From: Bacillales bacterium UBA784
GTDB taxonomy: Bacteria; Bacillota_I; Bacilli_A; RFN20; CAG-288
Direction of reading: 5' to 3'
Length of the DNA stretch: 64,000 nucleotides
Assembly (NCBI GenBank): GCA_002297045.1
Contig: DBJE01000003.1
Coordinates: forward strand, 65,537-129,536
Positions within the stretch are counted from its first letter, which is position 1, and every line of letters begins with the position of its first letter. Shown one piece after another: positions 36,633-43,808 of the stretch. The position numbers and the translations under genes are program-made. The notes below the pieces were generated by a model. The model was not told the origin of the DNA and did no database searches. It saw nothing but the letters and a program-made list of their open reading frames with translations.

Positions 36633-38177
36633 TTAGTTCTCCGAATGGGGCCAAACGGTTGATTCTATGTAATTAATCTCGTCATCTGTCAAGCCGAAAA
36701 AACTATACAACAGAGAATCATTCCATTCTTGGCTAAATGGAACTTTTGGAATAAAATCATAGCATCCTCGGACAGTGTCTTGAGAGACCTTTTTCAGAGA
36801 TAAGAGAAAATGGAAAAACTTTGTTTCAATATAACTTTTTACGTTTTTGGCTTCTTTTAAACTTTTAAATGGCCCACAAATTAAATATGTTCCGGAGCAG
36901 CAAGTATTAGGCTCAGCAATGATTGGTTTTACTTTATCTGTTTTGACATCTGCACTACCAACTGAGCGTGGCAAAAGAATTTTATATTTATCGATGTATT
37001 CAGCTCCTCTAGTAATTTCTGAACGTTTGATCCATCCTCTGTTTTTCATTACATATGCAAAGATGTCTGTACTAGAAGTTTTGTTTTCAGATAAAGAATT
37101 GAAAGTGGATTTGGTAGTGAAAGGCCATAGAGAACCAACAAGCTCAGAAAATGGGCTTAATCCTTTTGTACGGACCTGGTGTAATATGTCAATTGCTTCA
37201 TTATCTCTTATAATTGTGGTGCACCCAGATTCTAATAAATATCTTGATTCCTTTGATAATATTTTATTGCCAGAGTGGTTATAAAAAGTACATTTTCCTT
37301 TGTAGTTTTTATCCCATAAGAAGTAGCAAACGCCACCTTTAATTTCTACACCTGAAAAACAATCTTCAGCTTTCGGAAAATCATGAATTTCTTTTATATT
37401 ATTGGACGATGTCATATATTCTCTGAAAGTCTTTATGCATGGGAAGCCACCAGCATACCATCTAGCAGGAATAATCATGGCAACATAATTTGGTTGCAGT
37501 TTAAACGCTGCTTCAACGAATTTGTCATATAAAGGGGTTGCCTGGGCTTGCCCTCCTCCTGTACTTAATTGATATGGCGGATTACTTATTATGACGTCAA
37601 ACTTCATCTTAAATACCTCCTCCACGTTCATTCCGTGAATGAACTCATAAGCATGCGTTTCTAAATCGGATTCTCTGTCATATTCGTTTTTTGATGCGCC
37701 ACAATAAATACAAGAAGCGTGGCTTTTTCCTGATGAATCATAAACCTCTTTTTCCCAGGTGTGATTTGTTCTTTTAAACCGGATATTTCCATCCGTATTT
37801 TCGAAATGGGTAATGGAGAATTCGCTGCTTGCATTTTTGGAGCAGTAGACACTACGTCTGGAAAGAAGACTCGTGAGTTCCGTTATGGCAATTCCGAAAA
37901 GCTGCTTATGGAAGATATGGTCCACTCTCTCCTGAAGATCAGGAAACTGGTTCTCAAGTCCCTTTAAAAGTCTCTTGGCAATCTCCCGCAGGAAGACCCC
38001 TGTCTTGCAGGCTGGGTCAAGGAATGTGGTATCCGGATTCTCGAATAGTTCTTGTGGAAGCATATCGAGCATCTGATTGACGACATCCGGTGAGGTGAAG
38101 ACTTCATCGCTTGAAAGGTTGGCTAGACAGCTTAGCACATCCGGGTTATAGACCTTGTTGAATAAATCATCACTCAT
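36633..38177 (-). CDS. Eco57I-type (gamma-class) N6-adenine DNA methyltransferase
   Basis: NPDVLSCLANLSSDEVFTSPDVVNQMLDML (motif X), FLDPACKTGVFL (motif I), VIISNPPYQ (motif IV). AT-rich, and every Arg codon I spot-checked was AGA or CGN. Confidence 0.9.
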   Translation of the reverse strand: MSDDLFNKVYNPDVLSCLANLSSDEVFTSPDVVNQMLDMLPQELFENPDTTFLDPACKTGVFLREIAKRLLKGLENQFPDLQERVDHIFHKQLFGIAITELTSLLSRRSVYCSKNASSEFSITHFENTDGNIRFKRTNHTWEKEVYDSSGKSHASCIYCGASKNEYDRESDLETHAYEFIHGMNVEEVFKMKFDVIISNPPYQLSTGGGQAQATPLYDKFVEAAFKLQPNYVAMIIPARWYAGGFPCIKTFREYMTSSNNIKEIHDFPKAEDCFSGVEIKGGVCYFLWDKNYKGKCTFYNHSGNKILSKESRYLLESGCTTIIRDNEAIDILHQVRTKGLSPFSELVGSLWPFTTKSTFNSLSENKTSSTDIFAYVMKNRGWIKRSEITRGAEYIDKYKILLPRSVGSADVKTDKVKPIIAEPNTCCSGTYLICGPFKSLKEAKNVKSYIETKFFHFLLSLKKVSQDTVRGCYDFIPKVPFSQEWNDSLLYSFFGLTDDEINYIESTVWPHSEN

Positions 38178-38865
38178 AATCTTTTAACCTCTTGTAGTTC
38201 ATTACACACCGGTGGACAAACTTTCCTTCTCCGTTGTTGTTATTGTCGAAGAGGGATTCTTGCCCATTTAGGTCCCTCTCAGGATTTTCGTTCTGCTTAA
38301 GAATCTCATCGAACGTGTATTCGCTTCTGGATAGCTGAGGTCCGGTCACGAATCCCCATTCGCTGAAGACAATCGGTTTGTCTATGTCATTTCCTTTTTC
38401 GTCGACTTCATGCAACGTCAGAGCATTCCCGCAGACGATGTTTTTAGAAAGAATGAAACGGATGGAGTCCCGCCTATCCTCGCCGCATTCCTTTTTGCAG
38501 ACTGATTTGTATTGTTTGTCCCAGATTTTGAAAAGACGTTCCCGGCATGCAATCACGTTGTCCATCCTGATGTCTACGCCATATAGGCTGGATACGGCAA
38601 GAAGGGAATTCTTCTCGAAATCCATTACGCTTCGGCGGTATTTCTTCTTCACGACTGCCAGTTTTCTATCGAGAATCTCGGCAAGGAAGTTCCCGTCACC
38701 ACACGCAGGCTCCAAAAATCTTGAATCAATTCTCTGGGTTTCGTCGTTGACGAGGTCACACATCGCCTTGACTTCACGCTCATTGGTGAAGACCTCACCA
38801 TGGTCTACGACACGCTTTCTGGACTTGATCTGCCTGTTCGTTTTCTTTTTCGTTTCCTTAGGCAT
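38170..38865 (-). CDS. truncated methyltransferase-like protein (SAM-binding half only, no NPPY)
   Basis: GEVFTNEREVKAM (motif X) and FLEPACGDGNFL (motif I) and YGVDI are present, but the protein ends without a (D/N)PPY catalytic motif. Translationally coupled on both sides. Confidence 0.6.
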   Translation of the reverse strand: MPKETKKKTNRQIKSRKRVVDHGEVFTNEREVKAMCDLVNDETQRIDSRFLEPACGDGNFLAEILDRKLAVVKKKYRRSVMDFEKNSLLAVSSLYGVDIRMDNVIACRERLFKIWDKQYKSVCKKECGEDRRDSIRFILSKNIVCGNALTLHEVDEKGNDIDKPIVFSEWGFVTGPQLSRSEYTFDEILKQNENPERDLNGQESLFDNNNNGEGKFVHRCVMNYKRLKDYE

Positions 38866-39056
38866 CACTCGTCCACCTCGATCTTGTGTTTCTTGAAATA
38901 AGGAGCGAGCTTTCTCTTTGCTTTGATGGTCGGCTTATGGGAGCCTCTTTCCCAGCGGTTGACGGTCTGAAAGGAAACACCCAAAAGATCGGCTAGTTCC
39001 GTCTGCGACAATATCAAAGTGGTTCTCAGCTTCTTGACAGCTTCTGCATAGGTCAT
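38865..39056 (-). CDS. XRE-family helix-turn-helix protein (candidate controller of the R-M operon)
   Basis: LSQTELADLLGVSFQTVNRWERG HTH. Start at the ATG at 39056, 8 nt after AGGAG. Stop overlaps the next start (TGATG). Confidence 0.8.
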   Translation of the reverse strand: MTYAEAVKKLRTTLILSQTELADLLGVSFQTVNRWERGSHKPTIKAKRKLAPYFKKHKIEVDE

Positions 39057-39081
39057 AGGTCCGCTCCTGTTCTGTTTCAAA

Positions 39082-39110
39082 AGTATACCATTTTCATCCC
39101 ATTCTGTCGA
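39082..39110 (-). promoter_or_regulatory. promoter of the HTH/MTase/Res operon
   Basis: Minus strand: TCGACA, 17-nt spacer ending in TGG, then TATACT (extended -10). Confidence 0.5.
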
Positions 39111-39141
39111 TGAACCATAGAGAGGAATCTAGACTTCTCTA

Positions 39142-41019
39142 TTAGTTCTTGACCAACTGTTTAAGATATTCGCGCAGATTATCATCCTCCGCATAAATGA
39201 ATGTTCCTTTTACGCCGCGTGTAAGAAGGACTTTATAGGTGTTTCGGATCAGTCTCTCGGCTAAGGCATCATCGGCTGTTCTGATTCCGCTTGCGGAATC
39301 GCTATGGGCGTTCCTTTCCTTATGGAATTCGATTTTTCCTGTTCTCTTGTTGTAAGTAAGATCCTTTCCGATGATGACCCCCGCATATTCGACTTCCAGC
39401 CCTTGGATAGTATGAATACAGAATACGTTCCTCTTCTGCGTGTCATCCAAAATGGCCGCTCTATCCGCCTTCTTGATGTTCCAGCGTAGTTTTGTTCCGT
39501 CCTCGTATTCGAAATCGTATTTCTCGGAATCGTATTGGCTGACCCATTCATGGGTGTAGCCGGCCATCAGTCTCATCTGATGGTTGGAATTCCAAAGCTT
39601 ATTCCATTTCTCCATCCTGTCTTTCCTGGAACCCATGATTTCCACTTTGTATTTCATGCCTTTGAGGGATACGAAATCATTCGTATAACCTAGGAAATGA
39701 TTGACGAAGGCGATGTACTGCTCTCCGCCCACGCATCTGAACTGGGAGGAGAGAATCATTCTGCTATCTTCGATGACCTTCGAACCGTATTTTTCGGCAT
39801 ATTCCTTTATCTGCTTGATTGACAAATCATCGGAAGCGGTGACAACCTGATCCTCATCGATCAGAAACACGTTGACTCTTGACGCATTGAAGAGCTTGTC
39901 GATGACATCAACGCTTTTCTGCACGCCCCATCCGAACTTCCATTTCAGCCTTCGGTGGGCTTCATCGACGATAATGCAGTCAAAATCATAGGCCGCCGAC
40001 TTTGCAAAGGCGGCAGGAGTCTTGAAGAGTTCCTTGATTGCCTTCTTCGTGAAATCCTTGGTCAGGATATCGCTGAAATAAGTACGCGGAGTGAAGTTTG
40101 CGGTCACATAGCAGGCGTTGCGTCTTGGCCGTCCATCTTTTGGGTGGATGAGCTGGCCAAGCGCGTTGATGGCGACGATGGACTTGCCTGACCCCGGCCC
40201 TCCTTTTACGATGATGGTTCTTCTCTCTCCTTTTTCCAAAGCCTCCTGAACCTCGCTGACGATTTTGGAAACGGAATAGGACTGCTCGGCATCATAGGAG
40301 AAGAAGGGCTCGCCGTTGATGGCGTCTGCGACCATCTTGGAGAAGCCTTCGCTCGGTCTGATCTGGGAACTGTCGATTTCATAGAGCGTGTTGCGACTGT
40401 AGGGTTTCTTTATATATCTGGCGATGAATTCGCTGAGCTTCTTCTGATCGTCCTTTAAGAAAGCAGGTGCCTCACGCACTAAAGGATAGTCCTTTTCATT
40501 TTTCAGAAGGACTTCATATCCTTCCGGCATATTGTGGAGATACGAGCAGGCGTTCACTCCGACGTTGTTAGTATAGATATACTCGTTGAAATCCTTCCTG
40601 ATGTTGGCATAGTTCAGTGCCTGGTAGGAAGGATGCCAGTAATCGTCCACGCCATGTCCTCCATCGGTGACGACATAGTCTTTCAAGAAGGATCTTCTCA
40701 CCGAGCTCCATTGCTTGAGCTCGATAAGGATGACATTCTCTTTGTCTTTTTCGTCTCTTCCGAAAATGAGGAAGTCGACTCTCTGCTTTGTGTCGACAAG
40801 CTTATATTCGACACCGACGCCGGCTTCCTTTGGAATGGAACCATCCTCCAATGCTTCTGCCACTTTTGGAAGGGAGTGGATCCAGGAATTGTATTCGCTT
40901 ATTGATCCTCCACCGATATGGTGTGCCTTGAATCCATCCAAAAGCAACTTGCCGATGACAGGATTTGGTCCTTCACAGTTGCTTATGAAATTCCCTACAC
41001 TATCGCTATATAAAATCAT
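39142..41019 (-). CDS. DUF2075-family (Schlafen group-3-like) ATPase/helicase with N-terminal PD-(D/E)xK-like nuclease region
   Basis: N-terminal VDFLIFG...VILIELKQW nuclease-like core, Walker A KGGPGSGKS, Walker B CIIVDEAH, QFRC, C-terminal TIQGLEVEYAGVIIG and LLTRGVKG. RBS GGAGGGGG. Confidence 0.8.
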   Translation of the reverse strand: MILYSDSVGNFISNCEGPNPVIGKLLLDGFKAHHIGGGSISEYNSWIHSLPKVAEALEDGSIPKEAGVGVEYKLVDTKQRVDFLIFGRDEKDKENVILIELKQWSSVRRSFLKDYVVTDGGHGVDDYWHPSYQALNYANIRKDFNEYIYTNNVGVNACSYLHNMPEGYEVLLKNEKDYPLVREAPAFLKDDQKKLSEFIARYIKKPYSRNTLYEIDSSQIRPSEGFSKMVADAINGEPFFSYDAEQSYSVSKIVSEVQEALEKGERRTIIVKGGPGSGKSIVAINALGQLIHPKDGRPRRNACYVTANFTPRTYFSDILTKDFTKKAIKELFKTPAAFAKSAAYDFDCIIVDEAHRRLKWKFGWGVQKSVDVIDKLFNASRVNVFLIDEDQVVTASDDLSIKQIKEYAEKYGSKVIEDSRMILSSQFRCVGGEQYIAFVNHFLGYTNDFVSLKGMKYKVEIMGSRKDRMEKWNKLWNSNHQMRLMAGYTHEWVSQYDSEKYDFEYEDGTKLRWNIKKADRAAILDDTQKRNVFCIHTIQGLEVEYAGVIIGKDLTYNKRTGKIEFHKERNAHSDSASGIRTADDALAERLIRNTYKVLLTRGVKGTFIYAEDDNLREYLKQLVKN

Positions 41020-41103
41020 CAGGCCCCCTCCTATATCCTGAATAATAGTTTATAGCAGAGATATATCAGTTCGGTAATCTCTGTAGATAAAACGAAATAA
41101 GAG

Positions 41104-41536
41104 GATAAACAATAGTGTTCCTAATGGTCGTACCTCGTCTTCTGCGTTTTCCCGGAAAGGAAGATCTTTCCGTAGAACAGGAACATGTATTCGCTAAAGG
41201 ACAGTCCGCGTCCGTTCTCTTTAAGGAACGTCTTCTCCGACAGTTAGAGCTGCATACTCTTGTGGTGAATCTGGAGATGAACCGCAAAAACGCAGCATTA
41301 TTTGGGTGCACCGCCGGTTGACCGGACTGAGCAGCCTATGGGCCTATTTATCCTTCGAGAGACATTGCCACCTGCAGCAGCTGCCTGGAAAGTCTCCGGC
41401 TTTTCTTGCCTTTCCGGAGGTTCCGCGACCGGCCACAGGGGAAAGGACTATATCAACCTGCAACCGACCTCGGAACTTCAGCAATGTAGTACGGAAATTA
41501 AACCGTCTCCCATGGCCGGGAACACTATTGTTTATC
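41104..41536. other. 433-bp GC-rich non-coding element closed by perfect 18-bp inverted repeats (structured RNA, MITE or invertible segment)
   Basis: GATAAACAATAGTGTTCC (41104..41121) is the exact reverse complement of 41519..41536. The interior looks markedly GC-richer than the AT-rich flanks, with many internal stems and no credible ORF. Confidence 0.6.
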
Positions 41537-41617
41537 TTTTTTATTATTTTTTTGCTTTTTCAATCAAATCATCCACGCTTCCTATAGTGTCAACTAGCTT
41601 ACGCAATAATCAGCTTT

Positions 41618-41676
41618 TGATTGAACTATAAACGAACTTCTGATTGAACTAATCATTGAACTAATGATTGAACTAA
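41618..41676 (+). repeat. iteron-like repeats: T(G/C)ATTGAACTA four times, three in 12-bp tandem phase
   Basis: Copies start at 41618, 41641, 41653 and 41665, in the AT-rich region at the right edge of the island. Confidence 0.75.
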
Positions 41677-41918
41677 TTAGATACTATGCGAAGACAAATC
41701 AGCCTATAGTATGAACTTTAAGAGCTGTCAATAGTAAAACCATCGATGGTCTTAAAAAAGCTGTTTTTGATGCAGCCAAGAGTGGTAGTGACATTGTCAG
41801 TAGCTATAATAGCAAAAGAGTTGCTTTTAGCCTATTATTTCAGTTTTGCCGATTTACGATAGCTTCTATCAGAAATTAACAATTTATTAATTTTTACTAA
41901 ACTTAGGTCTACAGGATA

Positions 41919-41953
41919 TAAAAAAGGAACAGAGGAAAAACATCTTCTGTTCC
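41919..41953 (-). terminator. rho-independent terminator after the ABC exporter operon
   Basis: Minus strand: GGAACAGA-loop-TCTGTTCC followed by TTTTTTAT. Confidence 0.7.
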
Positions 41954-41960
41954 ATTCTGT

Positions 41961-43808
41961 TTAGCTTAGTTCCACCTTTCCGGTATAGAGGTCATAGTAC
42001 TTCTTGTGAAGGGCGAGAAGCTCATCCTGTGTTCCTCTTTCCTGAATGACGCCATGTTCAAGGACAATGATTTCATCGGCATCCCGGATGGTGCTAAGAC
42101 GGTGGGCAATCCTAATCGTTGATCTAGACCGCCTTAATTCGTTAAGGCTCTTCTGGATCAACAGCTCGCTTCTTGTATCGATGTTGCTTGTCGCCTCATC
42201 GAGGATGAGAACCGGAGGCTGGTTTAAGGTGGCACGGGTTAGGCCGAGAAGCTGACGCTGCCCTTCGGAAAGATTGGCTCCGTCATCATATAGCCTAGTC
42301 TCGTATCCCTTAGGAGTACGGCGGATAAAGGAATCGGCCTGCGTCTTCTCGGCGGCCTTGACGACTTCTTCCTTAGTTGAATGGCGCCGGACATACCGGA
42401 TGTTGTTCTCGATCGTATCGGTGAAAAGATGGGTATCCTGGGTGACCATGGAGAGGGCACGGCGGAGGGACTCTAGGGAGATGTCCCTGATATTGATTCC
42501 GTCATAGGTGATTTCCCCGGAGTCAATCGGATAGAATCTGGCAAGTAAGGAGATGATGGTTGTCTTTCCGGCGCCGGTGGCGCCGACAAAGGCGGTCTTC
42601 TTTCCTCTGTGGCATTCAAAGGAGATGTCCTTTAGGATGGGCTTTCCTTTGACGTAGGAGAAGTAGACATGCTTGAATTCAATCTTGCCTTCGACTGGAA
42701 TCAGACTTCCATCCTCTTTCTTCCAGGCATAGCGCTTAGAAAAGTCTTCATCATCGGAGACTTTCTCTAAGGTAATCTTTCCGGTCTCTTTCTCCTCCTG
42801 CTCGTCGAGGAAGCCAAAGACGCGCTCAGCTCCTGCCCTGGCGGCAAGGATGTTGTTTAAATGCCTGGTGAAGTAGTTGAACGGACGGCAGGCATTACGG
42901 ACTAAGACAAGATAAGACTGTAACTGACCGAAGTTGAAGCTTCCCCTAGTCCCCGTGCAGAGGGCGAAAACACCCATGACGGAAGAGACGGCAAAGTTAA
43001 GATAGGAGAGGGAGACAAAGAAAGGAGTATTCCTCTGCGTGTGGTAGAAAGCAAGTGAACTTGCACTTCTCCATTCCTCATTCGCCTTCTCGAACTTTTC
43101 GAAGCTTTCCTTTTCGTGGTTGAAGGCCTTGATGACTCTCGTTCCGGAGATATCCTCTTCCGCAACGGAATTGACATGGCTTAATGCCTGCTGGGTCTTA
43201 TCGAAATAGCGCCGTGAAATCTTTGCATTGATGACCATGAAGACCATCCTAACAAAGATGAAGAAGACGACAATCAGGGAGAGATAGACATTGAGAATGA
43301 ATAAGGAGACGATGGTTCCTATCCTGTTTGTCGCGGACATGACGATGTTGGCAAGGGAGTCGTTGAGACAGTTAAGGATGGAGTCGACGTCGTTGGTGAA
43401 GAAGGACCTAATCTCTCCGTGGGTATGGGTATCGAAATAGCCGATAGGGAGAGACTGCCTTTTCGCCCTTAACTGGCTGCGGAGTCTAAAGAGGATTTTC
43501 TGGGTCAGTACGACCCTGATTTCATTATGGATGAGGGCGCAGAGCACACCGGCTGAATAAAGGGCAATTAATTTGATTCCCCTGTTCCTGTACTCCTGCC
43601 AGCGAGTGGCCTTATCAAGAGTCTGGGAATTAAGAATATAGTTCGTCCTATCTCCGGCATACCTTGTCCCGACAAGGTTGGCTACCGCGGTAAACACGGT
43701 CCTAAGGAGAACGAGAAGGAAAAGGAACCAATAAGGTTTGAAATAGGACCTGAGACGGAAGAAGGTTCCCTTAAGGTTCTTCGGACGGGCACGATTAGTG
43801 AATTTCAT
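41961..43808 (-). CDS. ABC exporter, fused permease/ATPase (heterodimer subunit 2)
   Basis: Six-TM domain, Walker A GATGAGKTT, LSEGQRQLL, Walker B ILILDEATS, H-loop IAHRL. Confidence 0.9.
   Translation of the reverse strand: MKFTNRARPKNLKGTFFRLRSYFKPYWFLFLLVLLRTVFTAVANLVGTRYAGDRTNYILNSQTLDKATRWQEYRNRGIKLIALYSAGVLCALIHNEIRVVLTQKILFRLRSQLRAKRQSLPIGYFDTHTHGEIRSFFTNDVDSILNCLNDSLANIVMSATNRIGTIVSLFILNVYLSLIVVFFIFVRMVFMVINAKISRRYFDKTQQALSHVNSVAEEDISGTRVIKAFNHEKESFEKFEKANEEWRSASSLAFYHTQRNTPFFVSLSYLNFAVSSVMGVFALCTGTRGSFNFGQLQSYLVLVRNACRPFNYFTRHLNNILAARAGAERVFGFLDEQEEKETGKITLEKVSDDEDFSKRYAWKKEDGSLIPVEGKIEFKHVYFSYVKGKPILKDISFECHRGKKTAFVGATGAGKTTIISLLARFYPIDSGEITYDGINIRDISLESLRRALSMVTQDTHLFTDTIENNIRYVRRHSTKEEVVKAAEKTQADSFIRRTPKGYETRLYDDGANLSEGQRQLLGLTRATLNQPPVLILDEATSNIDTRSELLIQKSLNELRRSRSTIRIAHRLSTIRDADEIIVLEHGVIQERGTQDELLALHKKYYDLYTGKVELS

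Larger units (their letters stand above)
31624..41960. other. horizontally acquired accessory (defence) island between addB and the ABC exporter operon
   Basis: All genes lie on the minus strand. AT-rich patches, long non-coding gaps and defence-type content. Internal Met is encoded by ATG at normal density, unlike the flanking genes. No integrase or transposase seen; boundaries approximate. Confidence 0.6.

Noticed and set aside
41104-41536. Considered calling the IR-bounded element RNase P RNA. The plus strand has CTGGAAAGTCTCCGGC, resembling the P4 GAGGAAAGTCCGGGC. The minus strand has AAATAGG...TAGGCTGCTCAG, resembling the P15 region of E. coli M1 RNA.
   Set aside because: The two similarities are on opposite strands. 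The P4-like string lies about 275 nt from the 5' end rather than about 60 nt. No ACAGAA...GGCTTA 3' P4 strand is present. tmRNA, SRP RNA, 6S RNA and group II domain V signatures are also absent by eye.
41104-41536. Looked for a target-site duplication flanking the 18-bp inverted repeats, as the MITE test.
   Set aside because: The left flank (..ATAAGAG) and right flank (TTTTTTA..) share no direct repeat. A MITE remains possible but is unsupported, so it is reported only as one of three hypotheses.
41066-41631. Four track ORFs (68-109 aa) overlapping the GC-rich element.
   Set aside because: They overlap one another on both strands, have low-complexity Arg/Pro/Ser-rich translations, lack RBSs, and coincide with dense stem-forming sequence. 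They are most likely non-coding.
41618-41676. Checked whether the tandem 12-bp repeats could be a CRISPR array.
   Set aside because: The repeats are only 11-12 bp with essentially no spacers, and no cas genes are present. They are not CRISPR.
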